Of a stretch of 64,000 nt of DNA, positions 1 through 10,255 are shown one piece after another. The stretch is from an uncultured Bacteroidota bacterium. Its GTDB lineage: Bacteria; Bacteroidota; Bacteroidia; UKL13-3. The notes under the pieces are model-generated. The model did not search any database, was not told the DNA's origin, and saw only the letters and a list, made by a program, of their open reading frames with translations. Where the stretch lies: positions 348-64,347 of the forward strand of contig CAIVZR010000097.1 of assembly GCA_903910445.1 (NCBI GenBank), given 5' to 3'. The position numbers and the translations under genes were made by a program. Numbering within the stretch: position 1 is the first letter of the stretch; each line of letters begins with the position of its first letter.

Positions 1-490
1 TACTTACACCGCTATTCCCAATTTTACCATAGATATCGGGGCGGGTATGTGGGTCTTCTCCATAAAGTGTAACACTGTCGAAGGCGGTACTTAATCGTTT
101 GGCTGGCTGTCCAAGGCTCACGTAGTGAAATCGTTTATTGGTACGCTCGGGTCCGCCTTCTCCTGCAAACATGCGGGTAGGGTCTTCCCCTTCACGCTTG
201 AAGGGGTAGATTCCAGCGGTATACGGAAATTCGCCTGGAACATTTTCCTGTAATTGCCAATGAAGCAAATCGCCCCATGCCTGATAGCGTGGGGTACTAA
301 TTTTTGGAATTTTCGAATGACTTAAGCTTTCGGTATGAGTTTGTATTTTGATGGTTTTATTACGCACCGTAAAGTTATATTCATCATCTTTATATAACTT
401 CTCCTTTGCTTGCCAATTGTCAATCAGGTCGCGGCATTCGGGAGAAAGTTGTTTTTCCAGTGCGGTAATTTTTTCGTGAATCTTTTGCAT
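1..490 (-). CDS. B12-dependent acyl-CoA mutase catalytic (substrate-binding) domain, IcmF/MCM-like, N-terminal part only; the gene runs off the window start
   Basis: Minus-strand ATG at 488-490. The translation contains [34 protein letters not shown] and [32 protein letters not shown], which match the conserved N-terminal block of the IcmF/methylmalonyl-CoA mutase catalytic domain. The ORF stays open to position 1. Confidence 0.7.
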   Translation of the reverse strand, partial: MQKIHEKITALEKQLSPECRDLIDNWQAKEKLYKDDEYNFTVRNKTIKIQTHTESLSHSKIPKISTPRYQAWGDLLHWQLQENVPGEFPYTAGIYPFKREGEDPTRMFAGEGGPERTNKRFHYVSLGQPAKRLSTAFDSVTLYGEDPHTRPDIYGKIGNSGVS

Positions 491-500
491 GTAGTTATAC

Positions 501-1907
501 TTATTTTTCCTTACTCAAAATTTCTAAGGTGCCTTTTAGTTGATATAGTTTTTGTGCGGTATCACTTTGTTTCTCTGCCCATTCGTCGTAGCGTTTGTTA
601 TTCTCAACAATTTCTGCGAGGTAGCGAACACGTTCAGGAGGAATCACAAATATTTTCTTGCTTTGTTCGGTAGTGAGTTGTGCTGTACTTTCGAGATGGG
701 CTTTAGTTTTAGAAACAATTGTATCCATCACGGCCTTATACAAATTGTTCATGCCGGGGTCGTTGAACTGTGATGCGATGGTAGCATATACTGGCAGGCT
801 TTCGTCGGTGGCTTCAAATAAATTATGATTTCGTTTATACTGTTTGCGGACATCACGAATCGCATCTAAACTTCCTTTTTTATCAAACTTATTAATGGCA
901 ACCAGGTCGGCAAAGTCGAGCATATCGATTTTTTCTAATTGAGAGGCGGCTCCATATTCGCTGGTCATCACATATAAACTCACGTCGCAGTGTTCGGTAA
1001 TTTCTGTATCACTTTGACCAATGCCACTCGTTTCTACGATAATCATATCAAAATCGGCCGATTTACAAATGTCGATGCTCTCTTGCACGTATTTACTCAG
1101 GGCCAGATTGGCTTGTCGGGTGGCCAATGAACGCATATATACTCTGTTATTATCGATGCTATTCATTCGAATACGATCGCCAAGTAAGGCACCACCAGTT
1201 TTTCTTTTGCTTGGGTCGACCGAGATGATGGCTAACGATTTATCAGAGAAATCGTTCAAATAACGACGCACCAATTCATCTACTAAGCTCGATTTACCAG
1301 CTCCGCCAGTACCGGTAATACCTAAAACCGGTATAACTTTCGTTGGTTTTTCAAGTTTTGATTTGTCAAATGCTTCGGGGTGATTCTCAGCAACAGTAAT
1401 CGTTTGGGCTATGGTTTGTGGGTTTTTGTTTTTCAGTTCTTTGAGATGATCGAACAATTGAATGATGGTTTCATAATCAGATTGTTCAACGAGGTCGTTA
1501 ATCATTCCTTGCAATCCCATGACGCGGCCATCATCGGGACTATATATACGAGCAATGCCATAATTATGGAGTTCTTCAATCTCTGAAGGAAGGATAACAC
1601 CACCACCTCCGGCAAAAATTTTAATATGACCGGCACCTTTCTCTTTAAGCAGGTCGTACATATATTTAAAATACTCTATATGTCCGCCTTGGTAGCTGGT
1701 CATGGCGATGGATTGTGCATCCTCTTGAATAGCACAATTCACTACTTCTTCCACGCTGCGATTGTGGCCTAGGTGAATTACTTCACAGCCTGTAGCCTGT
1801 ATAATACGGCGCATAACGTTGATGGCAGCGTCGTGCCCATCGAAGAGAGCAGCGGCAGTAACGATACGTATCTTGTGCTTGGGTTGATATTTTATAATTT
1901 CTTGCAT
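501..1907 (-). CDS. Cobalamin(B12)-binding domain fused to a MeaB/ArgK-type G-protein chaperone (the N-terminal two thirds of an IcmF-like mutase)
   Basis: The N-terminal ~130 aa have a B12-binding Rossmann fold ([39 protein letters not shown]). They are followed by a P-loop GTPase ([32 protein letters not shown]) typical of MeaB/ArgK. The ORF ends 10 nt before the start of the catalytic-domain ORF. Confidence 0.8.
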   Translation of the reverse strand: MQEIIKYQPKHKIRIVTAAALFDGHDAAINVMRRIIQATGCEVIHLGHNRSVEEVVNCAIQEDAQSIAMTSYQGGHIEYFKYMYDLLKEKGAGHIKIFAGGGGVILPSEIEELHNYGIARIYSPDDGRVMGLQGMINDLVEQSDYETIIQLFDHLKELKNKNPQTIAQTITVAENHPEAFDKSKLEKPTKVIPVLGITGTGGAGKSSLVDELVRRYLNDFSDKSLAIISVDPSKRKTGGALLGDRIRMNSIDNNRVYMRSLATRQANLALSKYVQESIDICKSADFDMIIVETSGIGQSDTEITEHCDVSLYVMTSEYGAASQLEKIDMLDFADLVAINKFDKKGSLDAIRDVRKQYKRNHNLFEATDESLPVYATIASQFNDPGMNNLYKAVMDTIVSKTKAHLESTAQLTTEQSKKIFVIPPERVRYLAEIVENNKRYDEWAEKQSDTAQKLYQLKGTLEILSKEK

Positions 1908-2145
1908 GAACTAATAATTCATTTTTTGACGAGCAAAAGTAAGTTTTTAATTATTTGTCGAAAGCAAAATTTAAGCAGTCAAAACAGAATCATTTTTACC
2001 TTTTCTGAAAAAAAGTTTGTACAAAAAATATTTTTACATACTTTTGCACTCCTTTGAAAAACAGGTAAACTGTGTTTCAAAGTAATGTTCTTTAACACAA
2101 CCCTTATCCGCTTTGCATTTGAAGTAGGTGAGGAAATGAAAATAG

Positions 2146-2218
2146 GCCAAATTAGCTCAGCTGGTAGAGCAACTGATTTGTAATCAGTAGGTCGCTGGTT
2201 CGATCCCGGCATTTGGCT
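2146..2218 (+). tRNA. tRNA-Thr(TGT)
   Basis: Cloverleaf with acceptor GCCAAAT/ATTTGGC, anticodon arm ACTGA-TTTGTAA-TCAGT (anticodon TGT) and T-loop GGTTCGATCC. Coordinates are +/-2 nt. Confidence 0.85.
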
Positions 2219-2297
2219 CATTCAATTTTCGTAGTGCATTTTTATTAATTTATTTTCAATAATAAAACAAGTAAGAATGTAACTGAAAGTTGTGAAA

Positions 2298-2378
2298 GGG
2301 GAGATTCCAGAGCGGTCAAATGGGACGGACTGTAAATCCGTTACTTCGGTTTCGAAGGTTCAAATCCTTCTCTCCCCA
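2298..2378 (+). tRNA. tRNA-Tyr(GTA)
   Basis: Acceptor GGGGAGA/TCTCCCC, anticodon arm ACGGA-CTGTAAA-TCCGT (anticodon GTA), a long variable arm and T-loop GGTTCAAATCC. Confidence 0.85.
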
Positions 2379-2387
2379 CGGAAATAA

Positions 2388-2461
<74 letters not shown>

Positions 2462-2500
2462 AAGAAATACAAGAAGGGCAGGTAGTGATAAAAAACAAAT

Positions 2501-2573
2501 GCGGGAGTAGCTCAGTTGGTAGAGCGGCAGCCTTCCAAGCTGCAGGTCGCGGGTTCGAGCCTCGTCTCCCGCT
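2501..2573 (+). tRNA. tRNA-Gly(TCC)
   Basis: Acceptor GCGGGAG/CTCCCGC, anticodon arm GCAGC-CTTCCAA-GCTGC (anticodon TCC), T-loop GGTTCGAGCC and discriminator U. Confidence 0.85.
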
Positions 2574-2658
2574 CAATTTTAAGAATAAGGATAGAAAGAA
2601 GAAAGCAACATTATTAAATAGTATTTTAAATTTAACACAACACTCAAAATAATCAATC

Positions 2659-3858
2659 ATGGCAACTAAAGAGAAATTTGACCGCAGCAAACCACACGTA
2701 AACGTTGGTACTATCGGTCACGTAGACCACGGCAAAACTACTTTAACCGCTGCAATCACCAGCGTATTAGCCGCTGCTGGTCTTTCAGAAAAACGTTCTT
2801 TCGAATCAATCGACTCAGCTCCTGAAGAAAAAGAACGCGGTATTACCATTAATACTGCACACGTAGAATATACTACAGCAAATCGTCACTATGCACACGT
2901 TGACTGTCCAGGCCACGCTGACTATGTTAAGAACATGGTTACTGGTGCTGCACAAATGGACGGAGCAATCTTGGTAGTTGCTGCAACTGATGGTCCTATG
3001 CCACAAACTCGCGAGCACATTCTTTTGGCTCGTCAAGTAGGTGTGCCTCGTATCGTTGTGTTCATGAATAAAGTGGATATGGTTGATGATCCAGAAATTT
3101 TGGACATCGTTGAGATGGAAATTCGTGAGTTATTGAACAAATACGAATTCCCTGGAGACGAGATTCCAATCGTTCGTGGTTCTGCCTTAGGTGGTTTGAA
3201 TAATGATCCGATATGGGTTGAGAAAATCATGGAATTGATGAACTATGTTGATACTTATATCCCAGTTCCTCCACGTTTGACTGAACTTCCTATGTTGATG
3301 CCAGTTGAAGACGTATTCTCGATCACTGGTCGTGGTACTGTTGCAACAGGTCGTATCGAAAGAGGAGTGATCAACTCAAATGAAGCAGTTGAAATCATTG
3401 GTTTACAAAAAGAAGGTGAGAAAACATTAACTTCAGTTGTAACTGGTGTTGAGATGTTCCGTAAGATCTTGGATCGCGGTGAGGCTGGTGATAACGTAGG
3501 TTTATTGTTACGTGGTATTGAAAAAGAAGCTATCCGTAGAGGTATGGTTATTTGCAAGCCAGGTTCGGTAACTCCACATACACACTTCAAAGGCGAAATC
3601 TACGTATTGAGCAAAGATGAAGGTGGTCGTCACACACCATTCTTTAACAAATACCGTCCGCAATTTTATTTCCGTACCACTGACGTAACAGGTGAAATCA
3701 CCTTACCAGAAGGAGTAGAAATGATTATGCCAGGCGATAACGTAACAATCAATGTAGTTTTGATTACCCCAATTGCAATGGAAAAAGGTCTTCGTTTCGC
3801 GATCCGCGAAGGTGGACGTACCATTGGTGCAGGTCAGGTAACTGAAATCACTAAGTAA
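2659..3858 (+). CDS. tuf: Translation elongation factor Tu
   Basis: 399 aa with [23 protein letters not shown] and NKVD GTPase motifs. It sits immediately downstream of the tRNA Thr-Tyr-Thr-Gly cluster, the classical tuf context. Confidence 0.98.
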   Translation: MATKEKFDRSKPHVNVGTIGHVDHGKTTLTAAITSVLAAAGLSEKRSFESIDSAPEEKERGITINTAHVEYTTANRHYAHVDCPGHADYVKNMVTGAAQMDGAILVVAATDGPMPQTREHILLARQVGVPRIVVFMNKVDMVDDPEILDIVEMEIRELLNKYEFPGDEIPIVRGSALGGLNNDPIWVEKIMELMNYVDTYIPVPPRLTELPMLMPVEDVFSITGRGTVATGRIERGVINSNEAVEIIGLQKEGEKTLTSVVTGVEMFRKILDRGEAGDNVGLLLRGIEKEAIRRGMVICKPGSVTPHTHFKGEIYVLSKDEGGRHTPFFNKYRPQFYFRTTDVTGEITLPEGVEMIMPGDNVTINVVLITPIAMEKGLRFAIREGGRTIGAGQVTEITK

Positions 3859-3880
3859 TATAAAGTTCTAAACTTTGAAA

Positions 3881-3914
3881 GCCCTCTTCCGAATAGGAAG
3901 GGGGCTTTTTTATT
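3881..3914 (+). terminator. Rho-independent terminator after tuf
   Basis: GC-rich hairpin GCCCTCTTCC-gaata-GGAAGGGGGC followed by TTTTTTATT. Confidence 0.75.
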
Positions 3915-4002
3915 GCCTATCTATTGCCCAAAAATTAATATCAGAATTCAATCTTATTTGTTTCCTTTGTTTTAACTAATTTCAAACTAATCAATCAAAA
4001 AA

Positions 4003-4335
4003 ATGGATAATATTTTAATCACTACAAGTACTCAACTAGATGGCTATAAAGTAAAAACCCAATTGGGTTTGGTTCGTGGAATCACCGTTCGTTCACGAAG
4101 CATTTTAGGGAATATGGCTGGAGGCTTTATGACCATCTTCGGTGGCAAGAGCAGCATATATACCGAGTTATGCGAAAACTCACGTGAAGAAGCATTACAA
4201 CTGATGATACAACACAGCCGTGCATTAGGAGCCAATGCAATTATCAATATGCGATATGAATCGAATGAGGTGATGCAAGGATTGACGGAGGTTTTGGCTT
4301 ATGGAACTGCCGTTGTTGTTGAGAAAGAGAACTAA
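4003..4335 (+). CDS. YbjQ/UPF0145 (DUF74) family protein
   Basis: 110 aa. The conserved core ILGNMAGGFMTIFGG..S..YTEL...REEAL..M...A..LGANAIINMRYE matches the YbjQ heavy-metal-binding-like family. Confidence 0.75.
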   Translation: MDNILITTSTQLDGYKVKTQLGLVRGITVRSRSILGNMAGGFMTIFGGKSSIYTELCENSREEALQLMIQHSRALGANAIINMRYESNEVMQGLTEVLAYGTAVVVEKEN

Positions 4336-4460
4336 TTCCGCGACTTTTTTTCACAGTTTTAAGCATCATATCACGCTATAAATGATGAGAATCATATTGT
4401 CTATTTAGATTAATTATATTTAATTCGCATTGTATTTATAATTAATCTAAATAATACCTA

Positions 4461-5681
4461 ATGCGTTACCTCTCTACTTCTATATTTCTTTCAATTTCAA
4501 TATTATTTTCCAAGGTGGCTTCAGCCCAAATTCTTACCAATGAAGACTCTTTGGCTGCAGGGCTCCAGAAGAAGGATTTGAATAGCACGTATAGCTCTGG
4601 TTATGGTGAATCGGTAATTCAATATAATTTACGCTCAAAATTGGCGAATGCTAATTTAACGCGCAATGTTCTTTTCATAGGTCATCGATTCAGCAACAAA
4701 GTGAATTTTTTTAGTGAGTGGGAACTAGAAGATGCCAAAATTGAAGGGGGAGAAGCTGGTGGTGAATTAGCGATTGAGCAAATGTTTATCAAATTCGATT
4801 TGAACAGCAATAATTATATCTCAGCGGGGTTAATCATTCCTCGCATTGGAATCATCAATGAAAATCATTTACCCACCACTTTTAATTCGAATGCCCGACC
4901 AGTCTTAGAGACTATTTTAATTCCTTCAACATGGAGAGAAATAGGGGTTTGTTATTATGGCAATTCTAAAAAGGTGGCAGGATTAAATTATTCACTAGGT
5001 ATTTTCAATGGACTCAACGCTGCATCATTCAGCAGTGGTAAGGGAATTAGAGGTGGACGTTTTGAAGGTAGAGATGCAACCATGTCGAATATTGCAGTGA
5101 CAGGATCCGTTCTTTATTACTATCAGAATTTTAGAATTCAAGCATCAACTTATCTAGGAGGTTCGAATGGAATTAGTAATACAGAAGCCGATAGCCTAAA
5201 ATTAAAAAACGGTTTATTTGGAACCCCAGTTTCATTATCCGAATTTAATATTCAGTACACAAAAAATAATTTTTCACTAAAATTATTAGGCGCTGCACTA
5301 CTTATTCCAGATGCCTTTGCAATCAATAGGGCTTTTAACAATAATACTCCTCAAGAAGCTTATGGGACCTACGCCGAGGTGTCGTATAATATCGCTCCCT
5401 TAATAAAAATGAATGACTTGAAACAATTAATTATTTTTACTCGATATGAGTATATTAATTTGAATGCAAAAATTGCAAGTAATGGGATTGAGAATAAAGT
5501 GTTCGAAAAAATGTATTTATTTGCAGGGTTGGTTTATAAACCAATTCGAGGGGTAAGTATAAAGTTTGATTATATGTTTGCACGCACAGGGCAACAAAAT
5601 GAAGCCATTATAAATCCAACAAACACCCCATTTTACAGGAATAATAGCCAGTTGAACCTTGGACTTGGATATAGTTTTTAG
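4461..5681 (+). CDS. Outer-membrane beta-barrel (porin-like) protein of unknown function
   Basis: It has a signal peptide ending in an ASA-Q cleavage site. The body shows alternating amphipathic beta-strand periodicity and the C-terminus GLGYSF ends in an aromatic residue. It is 406 aa. Confidence 0.5.
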   Translation: MRYLSTSIFLSISILFSKVASAQILTNEDSLAAGLQKKDLNSTYSSGYGESVIQYNLRSKLANANLTRNVLFIGHRFSNKVNFFSEWELEDAKIEGGEAGGELAIEQMFIKFDLNSNNYISAGLIIPRIGIINENHLPTTFNSNARPVLETILIPSTWREIGVCYYGNSKKVAGLNYSLGIFNGLNAASFSSGKGIRGGRFEGRDATMSNIAVTGSVLYYYQNFRIQASTYLGGSNGISNTEADSLKLKNGLFGTPVSLSEFNIQYTKNNFSLKLLGAALLIPDAFAINRAFNNNTPQEAYGTYAEVSYNIAPLIKMNDLKQLIIFTRYEYINLNAKIASNGIENKVFEKMYLFAGLVYKPIRGVSIKFDYMFARTGQQNEAIINPTNTPFYRNNSQLNLGLGYSF

Positions 5682-5689
5682 TTGAACAA

Positions 5690-6097
5690 ATGCAGAGAAA
5701 AGAATTCATTAAGAATAGTTGCTTGTTATGTTTTGGAGTAGCTGCCGGATTATCACTATCAGGTTGCGGTGCGATACCGATTTACAAACCAACCATTGAG
5801 AATAAAATCATTTATTTAGATGAGCAGAAAATGGTGGTCAACAAATTAAATATTATTCAGCATGCCTCTTTACCTTATGATATACTGCTTGTGAAAAACG
5901 AAAAGGGATTTTATGCTTTAAGGATGCAATGCACCCATCAGAACCAACCCTTGGTTGCCACCAATACTGGGCTGTTTTGCAATGCTCATGGGAGTTCATT
6001 TAATTTGGATGGGAAAGCGATGAAAGAACCCGCAATCAATCCTTTGAAAAAATATATTGTTACCAAAGTGGGTCAACAATTACTAATTCAACTTTAA
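5690..6097 (+). CDS. Rieske [2Fe-2S] domain lipoprotein
   Basis: Lipobox LSLSGC. Rieske box CTHQ-(15 aa)-CNAHG has the CxH...CxxH spacing. It is 135 aa and lies 9 bp downstream of the beta-barrel gene. Confidence 0.65.
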   Translation: MQRKEFIKNSCLLCFGVAAGLSLSGCGAIPIYKPTIENKIIYLDEQKMVVNKLNIIQHASLPYDILLVKNEKGFYALRMQCTHQNQPLVATNTGLFCNAHGSSFNLDGKAMKEPAINPLKKYIVTKVGQQLLIQL

Positions 6098-6126
6098 TTT
6101 TAAAATTAATTTCGGAGTTTGACTTA

Positions 6127-6828
6127 TTATTTTGTTTGATAAAAATAGTAATAAGCGCCAACGGCTAATGCGGCAGTTTCTGTGCGTAGCCGACTCGATC
6201 CAAGGGCTACTTCTATAAACTGATTTTCACGGGCAAGGATGATTTCCGGTTTAGAGAAATCGCCTTCGGGGCCAATACAGCAAATGGTTTTAGGAAGGAG
6301 GTTAAGAGATGCAATTTCGTTTTTAATACCACTTTCATCGCAGTGCGCAATGATTTTACTGCAATTAGGGCCGTGATTCATTTCAATAAATTTCTTGAAT
6401 GTAATCAATGGATTTATTTTAGGAAGTACCGATTTGAGTGATTGTTTCATTGCAGAGATCGCAATACGTTCACACCGTTCTAAATTTATTTTAGTTCGTT
6501 CGCTGTGATCGCAATCAATGAATGTAATTTCTCCAATACCAAACTCAATAAGTTTTTCAATCATCCAATCGGTGCGCTCTCCACTCTTGGTAGGAGCTAC
6601 AGCAATATGTAAAGAATGACGTGATGCATTTGGGTCATTTTCTTTACGAATTATTTTAAGCGACGCATCCTTTGAGTTCAGAATTTCACAATCGTAAAAT
6701 GAGCCTTTACCATCGGTAACACGTATTATATCACCCACTTGATGACGAAGAATTTTAAGGCAATGTTTGGCTTCATCGACGGGGAGTTGGGCACTAAGCT
6801 CTAGTTCGGGGGCGTAAAATAATTGCAT
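6127..6828 (-). CDS. rsmE: 16S rRNA (uracil1498-N3)-methyltransferase RsmE
   Basis: 233 aa SPOUT-fold protein with an N-terminal PUA-like region (RHQVGDIIRVTDGKG), the HIAVAPTKSGERTDWMIEKLIEFGI block and the C-terminal knot region GPEGDFS..E. Confidence 0.8.
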   Translation of the reverse strand: MQLFYAPELELSAQLPVDEAKHCLKILRHQVGDIIRVTDGKGSFYDCEILNSKDASLKIIRKENDPNASRHSLHIAVAPTKSGERTDWMIEKLIEFGIGEITFIDCDHSERTKINLERCERIAISAMKQSLKSVLPKINPLITFKKFIEMNHGPNCSKIIAHCDESGIKNEIASLNLLPKTICCIGPEGDFSKPEIILARENQFIEVALGSSRLRTETAALAVGAYYYFYQTK

Positions 6829-6877
6829 GTATTGAGCATCGAAAATAAGAAATGAAATTTAATATTTACTTTGCAAT

Positions 6878-7573
6878 ATGAATATCGTAGTAACCGGTGG
6901 AACCAAAGGCATTGGCCGTGCAATAAATGAGGCCTTTGCAGGCATTGGATTTAATATCATTAGTTGTGCTCGTAACCAAGAAGCTTTGGACATCTTAAAC
7001 AAGGAATTAACCAATAAATATCCGGAGGCTAAAGTTTTTACACAGGTATGTGATATGGGTAAAAAGGAAGAGGTTTTGAATTTTGCATCAACCATTAAAC
7101 AGCAATTTTCAAAAATTGATGTACTTGTAAATAATGCAGGAGTTTTTATGCCCGGTACCCTTGAAAGTGAGGCTGATGGAACCTTTGAAACGTTAATGAA
7201 TTTAAATATCGGAGGTAGCTATCATATCACAAGGGCTTTACTTCCTCTAATAAAAATGTGTCAAGGGCATATTTTCAATATTTGTTCAACGGCAAGCATT
7301 ACCGCATATACCAACGGAGGAAGCTATTGCATTAGTAAATTTGCGATGTTAGGCATGAGCAAGGTTTTACGGGAAGAGTTGAAACCACAAGGAGTTCGTG
7401 TAACGTCGGTTTTGCCTGGAGCTACTTTAACGCATTCGTGGGAAGGAACCTCCTTACCTGAAACCAGATTTATGAATCCAAATGATATTGCCAAAGCGAT
7501 TGTTGAATGCTACCAACTAAAAACTGCGGTAGTAGAAGAATTATTACTTCGTCCTCAGTTGGGCGATATATAA
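6878..7573 (+). CDS. Short-chain dehydrogenase/reductase (SDR) family oxidoreductase
   Basis: TGGTKGIGRAI cofactor motif, NNAG, and a catalytic S...YxxxK (YCISK). Confidence 0.8.
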   Translation: MNIVVTGGTKGIGRAINEAFAGIGFNIISCARNQEALDILNKELTNKYPEAKVFTQVCDMGKKEEVLNFASTIKQQFSKIDVLVNNAGVFMPGTLESEADGTFETLMNLNIGGSYHITRALLPLIKMCQGHIFNICSTASITAYTNGGSYCISKFAMLGMSKVLREELKPQGVRVTSVLPGATLTHSWEGTSLPETRFMNPNDIAKAIVECYQLKTAVVEELLLRPQLGDI

Positions 7574-7607
7574 AGCTAATTTTAGGTTTTGTAGAAGTCG
7601 TAATAGA

Positions 7608-7904
7608 TCACCATACGCTGTTTAATAAGGCCTTTCCAAAATGGATAGCATATTTAACCCAATAATATATCAATCCGGGTAGAACCACGATAATTAATTT
7701 ATTGAAATGCCACGCATTGGGGAAATCTAAATGCATTGCATGTTGCACTGAGCGTGTGATGCCACATCCAGGGCAGTTTCTGTGCAGAAACATCTGAGAG
7801 GGGCAAAGGGGCGGTAAACCGCTGTCAAAAAAATCAGCGGGTAGAGACCATAACACAATGGGAATGGCAACTAACCCGCTGAAAATTAAAATATTTTTAA
7901 TCAC
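7608..7904 (-). CDS. DUF2752-like small membrane protein
   Basis: 98 aa. CPSQMF..NCPGCGITRS cysteine motif followed by a hydrophobic segment. The stop abuts the start of the upstream gene. Confidence 0.45.
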   Translation of the reverse strand: MIKNILIFSGLVAIPIVLWSLPADFFDSGLPPLCPSQMFLHRNCPGCGITRSVQHAMHLDFPNAWHFNKLIIVVLPGLIYYWVKYAIHFGKALLNSVW

Positions 7905-7907
7905 GAA

Positions 7908-8486
7908 TTAACTGTTCTTGTTTATGTAGATAATTGCGTGAATAATTCCTGGAATCCAACAAAGGACTGTTAAAAGCAGATTCAATAGGATAGCATTTGT
8001 ATCATCCCAATCAGACACGATTCCAACAGCTACAGGAGGGATTAAAATGGCTAATATAATTAATACAATTTTTTCAACTGCATGATTATTGCTGCCACTG
8101 TGTTTCAATGCTTTTGCAATAGTAAAAGGTGCAGTGATTTTTGCATTGGGTACAAAAGTGCTTTTGTTTTTAAACATTTTAGCAATGCTTTTGGTAGTTA
8201 CTTGTTTAGTAACATTAGATTGTTCTACTGTTTTAACTGCTTGTTCAGCATTGAATGCTGGAGCAATTTCTAGTGTATTTCCAGCTTCAGCAACAGCAGG
8301 TGTTTCGGTTGCTTCGGTGGTGTTCACTTCAGAGGCTGCCGGGGTAGATTTTTCTACTTTTGCAGTTTCTTTAGCTTTAACGTTTCCACGTTGAATGCTA
8401 CCATAACGTTCGTTGCTACAAGAGGCCAAGAATAATACCACAGCTGAAATAATCGCCAAGGATTTTAGTGAGGAAAAAGATTTCAT
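7908..8486 (-). CDS. Lipoprotein with a C-terminal Pmp3/YqaE (UPF0057) proteolipid domain
   Basis: Lipobox FLASCS. A low-complexity A/T/E-rich linker follows. The C-terminal 50 aa (LILAILIPPVAVGIVSDW..NLLLTVLCWIPGIIHAIIYI) match the Pmp3/YqaE signature. Confidence 0.6.
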   Translation of the reverse strand: MKSFSSLKSLAIISAVVLFLASCSNERYGSIQRGNVKAKETAKVEKSTPAASEVNTTEATETPAVAEAGNTLEIAPAFNAEQAVKTVEQSNVTKQVTTKSIAKMFKNKSTFVPNAKITAPFTIAKALKHSGSNNHAVEKIVLIILAILIPPVAVGIVSDWDDTNAILLNLLLTVLCWIPGIIHAIIYINKNS

Positions 8487-8598
8487 AATAATAATGGGTT
8501 TAGGATTTGATTCAGCAAATCTATAAGAATTTTTTAGACAACAAAATTTTTGTGGAAATAAATAAAATTTTAAAAAAAATATTCATAATTCACAATCA

Positions 8599-8632
8599 AA
8601 AAAAAAGCGCCACAATAAGTGACGCTTTTTAA
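8599..8632 (-). terminator. Rho-independent terminator downstream of gltA (bidirectional hairpin)
   Basis: Hairpin GCGCCAC-aataa-GTGACGC flanked by an A-run on one side and a T-run on the other. It lies 15 bp past the gltA stop. Confidence 0.65.
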
Positions 8633-8648
8633 TGAAATTATTATTTGA

Positions 8649-9947
8649 TTAAGAAATTCCTAATTTCTTTTTTACCGCCTCTGTTGTAATTGATTTTGGT
8701 CGTTCAAGAGGCAAGCCCAAAGCACGATCCCAAACCAAGGATGCTAAAACGCCTAGTGAGCGAGAAACACCAAACAATACGGTATAGAAATCCTCCTCAA
8801 CAAAACCATAATGCTGTAAAAGAGCTCCAGAGTGAGCATCAACATTTGGCCAAGGGTTTTTTACTTTACCTAAAGATTCAAGAATTGGTGGCACCGTTTC
8901 ATACACGTTCCAAACTGTATTCACCATATCATCGTCAGGGAAATAAGTTTTAGCAAATTCCATCTGAGCGGTGAAGCGTGGATCTGTTTTACGCAATACT
9001 GCATGACCGTATCCTGGTACAACTTGCCCTGCGGTAAGGGTATCTTGCACATATTTTGCAATTTGTTCCTTAGTAGGACGGGCAACACCTAATTGTTCGC
9101 ACATTTTCTTAAGCCAGCGAATTACTTCTTGATTGGCTAATCCGTGGAGTGGTCCAGCGAGTCCGTTCATTGCTGCAGCGAATGATAAATAAGGGTCGCT
9201 CAGCGCTGAACCTACGAGATGGGTTGTATGAGCAGAAACATTACCTCCTTCATGATCGGCATGGATGGTAAGGTAGAGGCGCATTAATTTTCTAAATTCC
9301 TCACCGTCATATCCAAGCATGTGGGCAAAATTTCCAGCCCAATCGAGTTTTGTATCCGGTTCAATATGTTTGCTGTCTTTATAAACCCGGCGATAGATAT
9401 AGGCAGCAATACGAGGTAATCGAGCGATGAGGTTCATTGCATCCTCGAATTGGTATGCCCAATAATCTTTCTTATTGATACCGTCGTGGTAAGCTTTTGC
9501 GAAAACGCTATCCGTTTGCATGGCCATGATACCAATGCTAAACTGAGTCATTGGATGGGTGGTGATTGGCAAGCTATCCAAGGTTTTGAATACATGAGCA
9601 GGTACTTCCCAACGAGCGGTCCATTGTTTATTTATTTCTCGGGTATCTTCAACGGTAGGCAATTCATCATAAAGCATGAGATAAAATAAACCTTCAGGGT
9701 AGGGAGTGCCATTTCCAGGCAATTTTTCACAAAGTTCGGGAATAGAGTATCCTCGGAAGCGAATTCCTTCGTTGGCATCGAGGGCTGAGGTTTCTGTAAC
9801 CAAGCCGGTGATTCCTTTCATACCGCCATAAACATCGTCTACGGTATATTCCCCAAACTTTTCGGTACCATGATTTTTAATGATATCCTTCACTACTGCT
9901 GCGTAAGCGGTAGCTTTTAGCGAAAACTTTTCTTTTAATTTATCCAT
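8649..9947 (-). CDS. gltA: Citrate synthase
   Basis: 432 aa with [47 protein letters not shown] and DPRF motifs of the dimeric (eukaryote-like) citrate synthase. Confidence 0.95.
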   Translation of the reverse strand: MDKLKEKFSLKATAYAAVVKDIIKNHGTEKFGEYTVDDVYGGMKGITGLVTETSALDANEGIRFRGYSIPELCEKLPGNGTPYPEGLFYLMLYDELPTVEDTREINKQWTARWEVPAHVFKTLDSLPITTHPMTQFSIGIMAMQTDSVFAKAYHDGINKKDYWAYQFEDAMNLIARLPRIAAYIYRRVYKDSKHIEPDTKLDWAGNFAHMLGYDGEEFRKLMRLYLTIHADHEGGNVSAHTTHLVGSALSDPYLSFAAAMNGLAGPLHGLANQEVIRWLKKMCEQLGVARPTKEQIAKYVQDTLTAGQVVPGYGHAVLRKTDPRFTAQMEFAKTYFPDDDMVNTVWNVYETVPPILESLGKVKNPWPNVDAHSGALLQHYGFVEEDFYTVLFGVSRSLGVLASLVWDRALGLPLERPKSITTEAVKKKLGIS

Positions 9948-10255
9948 GACTTTTTCAGAGTGCTAAAATAGTGAATCAGCCATTTACGAAAAAATGATTT
10001 TCATTATATTTTGAAAGAAGTATTTTGGTTAGAAGGGGGTTGGGGGCAAAATTTAGAAAATGATCGTATCTGGATCTTCCTATAAGAGGTTTTAAGTTAC
10101 GATAACCAATTTGGTTTTTAATAAGTGCATTATGTGGTTGTAATTCTGCATTCGGTAATTAGATATTGTTAAAATGTTACTCGAATTTGATTGTATGGAC
10201 TTTTATTAGGTTTTTAAACAATCATAGTTGCAATATTAAATTCACATTTTCTAAG

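Noticed and set aside
8089-8394. 101-aa plus-strand ORF
   Set aside because: It is antisense to the lipoprotein-Pmp3 gene and low-complexity (mirror of the Ala/Thr-rich linker).
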